Below, piece after piece: positions 37,675 to 48,149 of a DNA stretch of 64,000 bases (position 1 is the stretch's first letter; every line of letters begins with the position of its first letter). The DNA is taken from assembly GCA_977017645.1 (NCBI GenBank), contig OZ360238.1, positions 58,156,001-58,220,000 of the forward strand, given 5' to 3'. The notes beneath the pieces were generated by a model. That model was not told where the DNA came from. It searched no databases and saw only the letters and a list, made by a program, of their open reading frames with translations. Position numbers and translations under genes: made by a program. This DNA is from Torpedo marmorata. Taxonomy: Eukaryota.

Positions 37675-38232
37675 TAGGACGTTTCTGATTATCCGAAAAA
37701 CCGTTCTACTGAAATTCTCGAATATCCGAATTTTTTTCGGCTGAGACATGATGTCACAAGTTGAAAAAAGTTGAAATTTTTTTTTTCTTTACCCACCGTG
37801 CTCAAGTGGGGCTCTGATGCGCTGTTAGCGCCAGTTTGGTAACAACAGAGCTCAGAACCAGCCGAAGCAATTCATGGCATGAAATGAGGGGGCAAATGCT
37901 ACTACTGTATTTAAAAAAGCTGCCCCCTTTCCCCGCCCCCCCCCCCCCCCGAGCGGCCCCCTCTGTCAAATACCCTTTCAGCGGGGTCGCTGAAATTCTG
38001 GTGGAGGACAATCCCTGGGACTGTACATGCAATCTCCTACCACTTACAGGTGAGGTGAACCTCGGGCTCCTGGGCACGATTGGCGACGGAGGTGTCGGGG
38101 ATCGGTGACGGCCGATACAAGTATTCTGCTGATGCTACTGGGATGCTTAAAGAAATTTCTAGATTATCCTAAAAATCCAGATAATCGATATAGGTCAGGT
38201 CCCAAGCATTTTGGATAATCGGAAACGTACTG
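37675..38232. mobile_element. Tc1/mariner-superfamily (pogo/Tigger-like) MITE with captured internal sequence
   Basis: Left TA|TAGGACGTTTCTGATTATCCGAAA and right TTTTGGATAATCGGAAACGTACTG|TA form a ~24-bp imperfect TIR with TA flanks. The GATTATCC motif recurs subterminally. No transposase is present. Confidence 0.85.
37983..38048 (+). pseudogene. SLITRK-like LRR C-terminal cap gene fragment inside the MITE
   Basis: Translates [22 protein letters not shown], containing the LRRCT signature NPWxCxC. It is close to the recalled SLITRK1 sequence [22 protein letters not shown]. Confidence 0.75.
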
Positions 38233-38559
38233 TAATTGTAAAACAGTGTAAAAAGCTGTGCATGTGTTGTCAACTTGCTTTAAAATAAAACAATTCTTAC
38301 AGTATCAACATTATCACCATTACTTCTGTCTGCTCTACTCCAATAATGTTTGATTACTAAAAGTAATTTTCCTTTTAACAACAACTTGTTTATAGACTTT
38401 ATAGTATTTGTGGATTTTCTAACCAGTCAGTATATTACATTTAACATCCATTTCAAATTTGTTTTATAAGCAATAATTTCAGTGACTACAGCTGTTAACA
38501 ATTTTGAAATTGATGGTAATATGAAAATTGAAATAAAAACTGAAGTTGGTGGAAATCTA

Positions 38560-38655
38560 AAATAACAATCAAACACTGTAAGCACTCAGCAGGTCAGACA
38601 GCATCTATGTAAAGAGAAATATAATTTATATTTCAGGTCGAAGACCCTGCAACAG
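38560..38655 (-). mobile_element. Degenerate PLE terminal fragment
   Basis: CACTCAGCAGGTCAGACAGCATCTATG...TTTCAGGTCGAAGACCC resembles the PLE terminal repeat. Confidence 0.55.
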
Positions 38656-40849
38656 GCAATTAAGGTTGATCATAACTGAAAAATATAAATTGCACATGAA
38701 AGCCAGGGTGTCAGTTAATAATGGCCACAATATACAAGAAACGTACAATTCTTGTATCTGGAATAATTTGTCTGTATGAGCATCATCATTTTAAGTAAAT
38801 ATTTTGATGACATTGTTGTGATGGATTCAGATTTGTATTAGTTTAAGCGAAAGAAATGTAGCTATTAAAAAAAAATGCCATGATGATGTGTTAACTACTA
38901 GAAAACCCGGTGACCTACATGGTTTTGTAGTTTATTGTGAAATTCATAAAAGTATATGGAATTGCAAAGTTGTCTTTGCCTGTAGTCATTGTATTTGATC
39001 TGCAGATCTTTTCATTTTGAGAATCATCCTCTCTGTGTTGCTTATTGTTTAATATTTACAGTATAATCACATATACAAATTAGTTTGTTTTGATTTTGCA
39101 ATTATTTATGGACCCTTGTGCTGTGGTACATTTATGGCCTAAACTGCTCCCACGGTTGCAGTTCAGAAAAGTACTTCAGAGATAGCCTCCCTCTGGTCCT
39201 ATTAATATCAACAGTGCTTTTCCTGCAGTTTCAGTTTGTCTGGATTACATAGTATTTGTTTTCTGCACCCATCATCCTTGAATATCTACTTTACAAAAAG
39301 TTTTTCACCATTGTTCCATATCACCATAAAATGGGCAGAACATCCAAAATGATGTTTTCTAAGCACTTTGGAAACACATGAATTGTCTCTTAAATTTGAT
39401 CCTGATTGCTACAGGGAAAAGGAATATATATCTTTTAAATCTGTATCTCATACTTTTCCTTTTGTTCAAATATAGTTGTACCTGACTGTGGCCTATGCAT
39501 TGCAGAAAAAGTATAATTGATCCTGAATGCTGCAGGAAAAAGTATCCTGTGTATTTACCTATTGAACTCTGATCTTGGAATTTCTTTATTCAAACATAAT
39601 TGCACATGAATGGATGTTGACATCGTTCATTGGTTATCTTGTTGCTATTATGGCGTAAAGCAATTATTTCTGTACACAATAGTGCAACTCTTTTTGTCTT
39701 CCTGAAATTCCAAGATCTACCTTAACTGTTGTTTTGTTCCACAAGGGCACGTATGCTGCTATTTCCTTCCTGGAATCTTTTAGATTACTCAGTCTTTCCC
39801 TCATGAAAACTCCTGGGTGCTATCTCATCAACTGTAATGGGTCTCAGAATGAATATAGCTTAATAAAAAGAGAAGTTCAGGATTAATGTGTCTGCTTGGG
39901 AAAGAGATCAACTCCATCATTGTAAAATGACACTTTGTTTAGCTGTTTAAGGCAAAATGTAACCTAGTCGTTTGTGATTTTTATTTCCACTTTGGAGGAT
40001 GACTGTAATTTGATTCATGTTGCATAAGAATATTTTGTCAACGTCACTTGTGGCAGTTACATTGGTGAACAATTTCCTATGATTTCACTTCTCCTAACCA
40101 ATCCTCTGCTTCTCTCTCATCTTTCCATACCCACACATGTCTTTATTGTAAATGTATGAGTTCTGTATTTTGTTACAATTTATGATCTGGAGGATGTTTG
40201 GTGTTGAGCTTTTAAAACTGCAATTTTTACTTGAAGTGATTGTCGTTTCCTTATTTAAGATGCACACAAACTTCTAATTTGGCCTGAATAATTATTGACT
40301 CTTGGAGTTCTTCGATGTTAATTTTTGCCAGTGAAAAAACATTCACTTAGATTTCAGGTGATGAGAAAAACAGAAGCTGAAGAGAGGGGGAAGAAATACA
40401 ATCCCATATGTATATGAAAAAACAAACCTGATGTGAAACCCTTGAATCTATGTCAGAGGAGAGGCTGTGCTCTATATAGTATCTATCATAATATCCTGTT
40501 CCATGCTGTTCATGCAACCTTTAGTCCTTTAAGTAGCTGGATAATAGTCACCCGTCCAATACATTTGCCCCAAGGCAATAGATAGAGACTTTTTCATCAT
40601 TTTTCTCCTCTGGGTATTGAAACCTGGTGACTCTTGGGCCAGACAATCATCTGTGTTCTTTTCACTGTGCACTGAATTATTATACAGTACATAGATACAT
40701 GCAGCCATGTATAGAGTGATAATGTGTATTTATATATTAATTTCTTACCATCTTAAATCATGCTACACATACATTGAAGATATTTTATTTGTGATGAATA
40801 GAACATGGAATAGTTATATTCAGAGCACAGAGGTAACACTTGAGTAGAA

Positions 40850-41600
40850 TTCTTATTTTTATAGAACCTATGTATATCAAAGACTTTAAGTTCCTGCAGG
40901 AGCTCATTTGCAGTGAAATTGTTCATGTGAGGCATACATAATTGATTAGCAGGAAGAAAACTGCTATGTAATATTGACAGTTGGCCTCGGTTATGCAACT
41001 AACTAATGCAGAAACTATTTAAATTAAATGTTTGTTTATATAACAGTGATGGTTTATCTCCAACTCATAGTTTTCCCATTCCACACTGTGAGCGGCGGTT
41101 GCAGTGACTGTTAAATGTTTAAAAGATGACACCATTATGTGAAGTGATTTTGAAATGAGAGATTTCACTGGAAGATTGCATTTGCTACTTTCCCTCCCTA
41201 TATCACACTCCTTGGCTGTGCAGATTATGATTGATTTGTTTGTGACAGATTGCAGGAAACAGTCATTGATTTTTCAGTATTTTACCAAAAAATTATTTAC
41301 AGTTGTAACCATGGGGAGGTATTTCCATGGGCTGTCAGCCCTTGAAAGACTGGGATAATATTCCCTGCTCCCTGACAAGACAAATTACCTGTAATGAGTG
41401 CAATAGCTGAAGGGTATACTTTTATTTTAAAATATGTCAATAACCCCAGTGACTAAACGAATATTGATTCAGCATAATGAAGCCTGAGTAATGTGAAAAT
41501 GAGCTCTTCAAGAAACCAACTAAAGGGTTCCATTCAGCTCATAGCAGGAGGTTTTCTGTTCTTCACTACTGGGTCATGAAATGCTGCTGCTTGGGAACAA
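40850..41600. promoter_or_regulatory. Candidate long conserved non-coding element
   Basis: Repeat-free block rich in TAATTGATTA, TGACAG, TGTTTG/TGTTTA and TGATTGATT motifs, in the gene desert upstream of IRX5. Conservation is untested. Confidence 0.45.
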
Positions 41601-42924
41601 ATCATTAGAAAATTCAGTGCCCTATCTCAATGTGAGGGCTGAAAATTGGCCTACTCTAAGTGATAGATGGCCTTCTCTCCCATGTTTTTTATTCCAGTAT
41701 TTATATTATGTACACAAAAACAGCTTTAATATTAATGCAAAGGCTGATTATTTTGTGAGGTGTTGCAAAAGTCATTTTGAGATCAACACACACCTTTTTA
41801 ATCATTTACGTTCATGGAACAAAATATTTTTTATACTTCCAGGTTGTTCAAATTATTTGTTGTCAGAGGCTACAGTCAAATGCAAAAACTGACAGAATAT
41901 GATTTGAATATTTAATTAACCCATGCTTTGAAGAAAATTGCTAAATTGTGCACATTTTCAGAGCATTCATTCTAATGTTTGACTTGCTTTATGACAATCT
42001 GACCATTGAATGAGTATTCTGGTACATACAGTATTAGCTTCCAATTTTCATCTTTTTAAAATTGAATTTGGGCTCTCAAACTCTGTTTACTTTCGGTTGT
42101 AAATCTGGATTACTATTCCATAAAATGCAACCAGTATTATAAATTGTATTAATGATATCCACTGAAATATGGCATGGTATTAAATGAGGCAAAAGCAAGA
42201 TTTGTATGTGAATGCAGTTTTATATATGTTCCCTTTAGAAATGTTTCTCTCTCCACAAATGTTGCCTGTCTTGCTGAGCTTTCTCAACATTTTTCTGTTT
42301 TTGTTTCATGTTGTTAGTGTTGATTCATGGACCTAATGCTTCGTCAAGTATGTTGCAGGTCATGAGGTCCCCACGTAAGTTTCCATACTTTTGCTTTCTC
42401 CAATACTGCTTCCTTGGAGTCCGTGTAACAGAACACCATGATTAATGTAACCCAGGGTCGAAGCGTGGGGGTGGGTGTAGAGGTGGAGAGATGGAGGAGA
42501 GGGGCTTAATTGGGGTGCAGAAAATGGCATTATATGATATTCATAGACATAATCTGGGCAGATGCGGCTAGCAGCTTTAAGTCAGGAGGAAATGTTGTAC
42601 AACTTGTGAAATTTGAATTACCGGTATATAAGTGATGGAGTCTTCAGTTTTTGTCATATACTGATTAACCACAGGTTTAAAGAGGGGCACTTTTAGTGGG
42701 GAATAATGCTGACTTAGAGATGCTGAAATGTTTCAAATGGGGAAAAAAGATAATAATTTTAATATGATAGATCACAAGCATAAATTTTCTTAATTTGTTT
42801 TCAGATAATTGGAGTTAATGTATCTAGAGGGGGGAGAGAGACTTGTTTTTAATCTCCAAGCATAACTGATAAACATCAAATGGAATTGTGTCCTGCTCTG
42901 GTCTGTCAATCATCACTTGTCTGA

Positions 42925-43045
42925 CTATATCACTGGCTCTGAGTTAAAATATTTTGAGCTTAATTCCTATTGTGTATAATCCAGACCAATGTTATTGCGT
43001 AATACTGAGGAAGTGGTGCATGTTGGAATTGCCATTTGCCAAACT
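42925..43045 (+). mobile_element. Degenerate Deu-domain SINE 5' part
   Basis: GGCTCTGAGTTAAAA...AATCCAGACC...TAATACTGAGGAAGTGGTGCATGTTGGAATTGCC resembles the SacSINE1 head as recalled. Confidence 0.45.
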
Positions 43046-43094
43046 GTGCATGATTTGAAATTGTAGAAATCCTCAGACAAGATGTGAAAATTGA

Positions 43095-43957
43095 AAGTTC
43101 AGATTTTTTGTCAGAGTACGTACATGACATCACATACAACCCTGAGATTCTTTTTCCTGCAGGCCAGGCAGAATTTTTACTTATCGGTAGTGCAACAAAC
43201 TCTACTCAAGAAAGATAAGAATACAAAAGAGGGAAATGTAAACCAAGAAAGAAGTGCAGACAGACTCTGCAATATAGAAAATAAATATTCAATAATAAAT
43301 AATGTGCAAAGTAAGAGTCCTTAAATGAGTCTGAGTTTGTTGTTTAGGAGTTTGATGGTGGAGGGGTAGCAACTGTTCCTGAACCTAGTGATATGAGTCT
43401 TGTGGCACCTACCTCTTTCCTGATGCAGCAGCGAGAACAGAGCATGTGCTGGGTGGTGTGGATCCTTGATTATTGCTGCTGCTCTCTGACAGCAATGTTC
43501 CATGTATATTTTCAGTGGTGGAGAGAGTTTTCTGTGATGTACTGGACTGTGTCCACTACCTTTTGCGGGGCTTTCAGTTCTGAGCTATTGGTGCCCCCAT
43601 ATCAGGCTGTGATGCAGCTGGTCAGCACACTTTCAGCTATGCATGTGTAGAAGTTTGCCAAGTTTTTCCAATGTCATACCAAACTTACCCTATCTCCTGA
43701 GAAAATAGAGGCACTGACATACTTTCATCACATTTATATTAGTGTGTTGGGTCCAGGAAAAGTCCTCTAAGATGGTGTCTCCCAGGAATTTAAATTTGCT
43801 CACCCACTTCACCACTGATTTCCCCCAATGATCACTGGATCGTACACCTCTGGTTTTCCCCTCCAAAAGTCCACAATCAACTTCTTGGTTTTGGTGACAT
43901 TGAGTGCGAGGCTGTTGTTAGTACACCATTCAGCCAGTTTTTTAATCTCCCTCCTGA
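43095..43957 (-). mobile_element. 5'-truncated Rex1/Babar LINE
   Basis: CCQRAAAIIKDPHHPAHALFSLL..RFRNSCYPSTIKLLN; tail TTCAGATTT..TGTCAGAG shared with 51445 and 59938. Confidence 0.88.
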
Positions 43958-44545
43958 GATGCATCTTATTTCATTATAGCATGTTGTGAGAATACTACAA
44001 AAACATTATACAAATGTTTTTTTTCCTGTGTTTTCAAATTAATTGCAATTTTCTGCTCGCTTTGGCTTTCAAAAAAAAAAAAATGTAAATTGCGAATAGA
44101 TGGGCATTAAACATGGTCAGCAGAGCAGGGTTCTTGGGAGTGGTTAATGAAGTGAGGAACAGTTGAAGTTGGGAGTGTAGTTTTAAGAGGTAAAACAAGG
44201 TTTTGGAAGGGAAACTGCAAAGAAAAACAGAAAAATGGACTCTGAGGTAATCTTTTCAACCTACTTTATATCTTCAAAGATTTGTGCAAATATGCAACCA
44301 AATCTTTGCACCTCCTTTAGAAATGTATCTGTTTATATTGCCTTCATTTGTTCCTGTTACCAAAATGTACATTTGTATCCTAACTTTCATCCATTGTATA
44401 TCCATCCATTTAAAGTCTGTCAATATCTTTCTTATTGTTTGTCACACTTGCCAAGAGATGTGTCATTGATAAATTTTGGAATATTACTTGGAAAATCTGT
44501 CAATTTTGTTATGTACCAGACAGCAATATAAATCAGCCCAGACAG

Positions 44546-45365
44546 TGTTATATTTAAAATAATATTTTTAATTATTAATTAACAATAATATAACACCTTA
44601 TCTAATTTATCTAAACTTATCTACTTAACCCCCAACTATGCGCAAATTTGTGTGCGGAATACCCCAAGCCACTACAGCTCAGGCACAATTCTCGAAAGGC
44701 AGTTTAAAGTTCAGTCTTAGAAATTCAGTGTTAACACGCAGGCTTGAAATTGATGCAAAGAAGTTCACGAAGTAAGGGGGGAGAGACTGGGGTGACAGAC
44801 TGTCATAAACTCACAAAATCCTTGTCGAGGCTTCCAGAGAAATTTTCAGACGAGTGGCAATCAAAACTCCCCTTTTATTTGATTAGGGGACACGAAGCGA
44901 GTGATTCACACTAAGCTTCCAAAACCCTTTCGTGGGTCAGCCGAATTGCAGTATTTCTTCTGCTTCCAGAGCCCTTTCGTGGGTCAGCCGTTCAAAGTGA
45001 CCTTCCCTTTTGGTCACAGAGTGGTATACTCATTACCCTATAACACGGAGAAATCAGACAAATTGTCTATTACCACATGAGGCCCTTCAGCACAGTATCC
45101 CTTCAAAGGATGCTTCTCCAAGTGCTGTCTCCTTAAAATGGCCCCCGATCAAACTGAGTACTGTTTCTTTAACATGTTGGTCACATGGTCTCTGCAACTG
45201 TGTTTTCCAAGGCCACTTCCTCTCTCTTTAGAAGTATCCAATTTGAGTACATGCTGTCCCCAGCCTGTCAACCCACAGTCAATCTCCAGAGCCTGCAGGG
45301 CTTGCAGTTTGATTTGTTCTCTTAAAGTGACAGTCCCACTCAAATGAAAATGGGAGCATGTAATA
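44546..45365. mobile_element. Probable LTR-derived element
   Basis: Begins TGTTATAT and ends ATGTAATA; internal 19-bp direct repeat CCCTTTCGTGGGTCAGCCG (~44925 and ~44972); more CpG than its flanks. No TSD found. Confidence 0.4.
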
Positions 45366-45474
45366 ATATGTATCAAGTAAACCTCCTGGGTGCACCGCAG
45401 CATGTATTTTGGTAGGCTGAGAAGTAACTGTTCACATTGTATGTATGCTGGCACTCTGTCCATTTTCAGATATT

Positions 45475-45640
45475 TTCAGATTTGTCAGAGTACATACATG
45501 ACATCATATACAATCCTGATATTCTTTTTCCTGTGGGCGAGGCAGAATTACCACTTTTTGATAGTGCAAAAAAAACCTACACAATGTACACATGGAAACA
45601 AATTTTTTTAAAAAGTAAACAAACTGTTCAATACAGAGAG
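45475..45640 (-). mobile_element. Short Rex1/Babar 3' UTR fragment
   Basis: TTCAGATTTGTCAGAGTACATACATGACATCATATACAATCCTGATATTC matches 43098-43160. Confidence 0.8.
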
Positions 45641-46054
45641 GATTGCACCATGTACACCAGATTTACTAATAAACTTGCATGGTATTTTGTCCAGTGTCTT
45701 TTGAAAGTTCACTCATAAAACATAAACAACTTAGTGCTCATTAATCCTTATGACCTTATCAAAAATCAGGTTAGCTAAGCAGAGTTTGCTTTTAACATCT
45801 TCATTCTGGCTTTGCAAGTTGATCCATGATTGTCCAAGTGAGTTTTAAATTTATCAAGTAAACTTGAATTTGATTACACAGAAATGCTGGAGGAACTCTT
45901 GAATTTGATTACAGTCTTCAACATCATTCCTAGAGTTGTGGCCTTTTGTAATATTTACAGTCGGTCGTCTAGTGCCTCCCTACTATCTTAGAATTTATGC
46001 ATTTAATTTATATCTGGTGACATAATTGTCATAATCAACTGCCTTTTCACTACA

Positions 46055-46570
46055 TTGAATTGATTTATCGTTACATGTACCGAGCTACAGTGAAAATCTT
46101 TGTTTTGCATGTTAAACAAGCAAATCAACTTGTACAGCAGGTAATACAATTCTAACAAATAAATAAACAAAACAACAGTGTAGGGAGTAGTGTAACAATA
46201 AGTCAAATAGTGCAGTATACAGAGAAAAGTACAGAAAAATTGGTGCAGGGTACAGAAAAAATTACAGTTAAAAGGACATGGGCATCATCTTTTGCCAGTG
46301 TGAGATCCATTTAAGAGTCTGATAACAGCAGGAAAGAAACTCTCTGAATTTGGCGGTTTGTGTTTTTAAACGCATGCATCTTCTGCCCAATGGAAGTGGG
46401 GTGGGTGGGGGGGGGGCAGGGGAGGTAACAGAAGAGAATATGACTGAAGCGGGACGGGTTACCTTAATAAGCAAGTAGCTTTCCTGAGACAGCAGGAGCA
46501 ACAGACAGAATTGATGGAGGGGCGGTTGGTTTGCAAGATGGCCTGTGCTGTGTTTACAACTCTATACATT
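46055..46570 (-). mobile_element. Old Rex1/Babar-type 3' fragment
   Basis: TTGAATTGATTTATCGTTACATGTACCGAG tail; reverse frames give VVNTAQAI..T.RPSI and LPLGRRC..LKTQTAKF. Confidence 0.6.
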
Positions 46571-47399
46571 AGTGCATTCAAAATCTCAATGATCTTTTCT
46601 TGACTATTTCCTCTCTTTAAAATGACTTTGGTAGCAGCATCCTTCTTGGCTGTGAAATGTACATTTAGTAATATCATAGATTTTTTTTTTCCCTGAATCA
46701 TCTGAACTCCTGCTAACAGTTCATTATTTTAAATGCCTGTAGAAGACATTGATCCTTTTTTATTTGTCAGTCCTCACTTTTTTTTTCTTTGCCTTATTTT
46801 TACATCTTCTCTGATCTCACTATAACTAGCCTGATTTTCACATGCTATTTCTCTGACAGCTGTCATGTGATGCATTTTTCTGCTTTATCTTGCTCTCCAT
46901 CTCTTTCCATGCAGAGAGTTCTGGCTTTGATTGTGCTGCCTTCCCCCCCCCCCACCCGCGAAGGAAATATTTCTAGACTGTACAAGAATCATTTCCTCTT
47001 TAAAGACTTCCTATTGATCAATTACAGTTTTGCCTGCCAGTCATTGATTCCAATTTACCTTGGTCTGATCAGTTTTCAATCTGCTGAAATTAGTGCTCTT
47101 TCAATTTGATATTTTTAGTCCAGAATTTATCTTTACTATGGTTAATCTGAACCTTGTATAATGAGCAGAATTAATTTACTATCTCCTCATTGATTCTTAA
47201 CCATTTGACTCTTCTCATTTCCCAAAAAGGAATCTCTCTTGATGAGCTGGAAATTCTTCTGAGTACATTCCTAAAAAAGTTCTTGTATCTCTGTAATTTC
47301 ACTCAAATTTGCCTTCTACCCTTCCTGATAGTAGTTGGCCTATATGATGTACCAGAAATGTTGCTGGCATTTCATTTAATTCTAAGAATGAAAATATCT

Positions 47400-48147
47400 T
47401 GGGAAGGCTTTATGCCTTCAAGTGCTGGTGTAACGATGTACTTGCTGCCACATTTTTCGATGATAAAGGTCGTGAGTTTGGAAGGAATAACTCCTGCGTG
47501 TCAGTCAGTGGGATGGGGGGGGGGGGGGGGTGGGTGGTGGTAATGTGGAAGTGAATATTCAAAATGGATGAAGACCCAATCAATTGATTGCTTTATCCTG
47601 GTGGCATTGTGCTTTTTGTGTCATTGGAACTGCATTCATCCAGACATGTGGAGCGTATTCCATCATGTTCCTTGCAGTTGAGAAAAGGTTTTGGGGAGAC
47701 CTGGAGATGAGTTGTTCATTGCAGCGCACCCATTTTCTGACCTGCTCTTCTAACTGAAATATTGGTGGATCTGGTTCAGTTAAGTTTTTGGTCAATGCTG
47801 AACAGCAAGATTTTGATTTTGTGAAACTCTGATGTTTCTGTCTTTGAATACAAGGAGGTTGTTAGATTGTCCCTGATTACTCACTCGATACACAATGATG
47901 TTGATGGAGATCTCAATAAATTTAATGCTGCTGAATATCAAGCACAGTTGCTTGTGCAAGCTGTTTATTGCCTGGAACGTCTGAATGTTACTTTCCACAT
48001 ATCAGGTCATGCTAGAAGATTGTCAAGACCAAGCTGCAAGTTCAGTTGGAACATTTTGTTTTCTGAAGAGTTGTTAATAGAATTGAACATTGTACAACCA
48101 TCTGCGAACCTCCCAATTTTAGAATAAACAATGGGAGCAAGGACATT
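47400..48147 (-). mobile_element. Old CR1-group LINE RT fragment (host of the Tc1; resumes at ~51066-51440)
   Basis: Reverse frame ARNMMEYAPHVWMNAVP..Q.....QDKA resembles VRS.MEY.P..W. The sequence GGACATT|TA...TGTAGCAGTTGAAGATGG is continuous across the Tc1. Confidence 0.6.
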
Positions 48148-48149
48148 TA

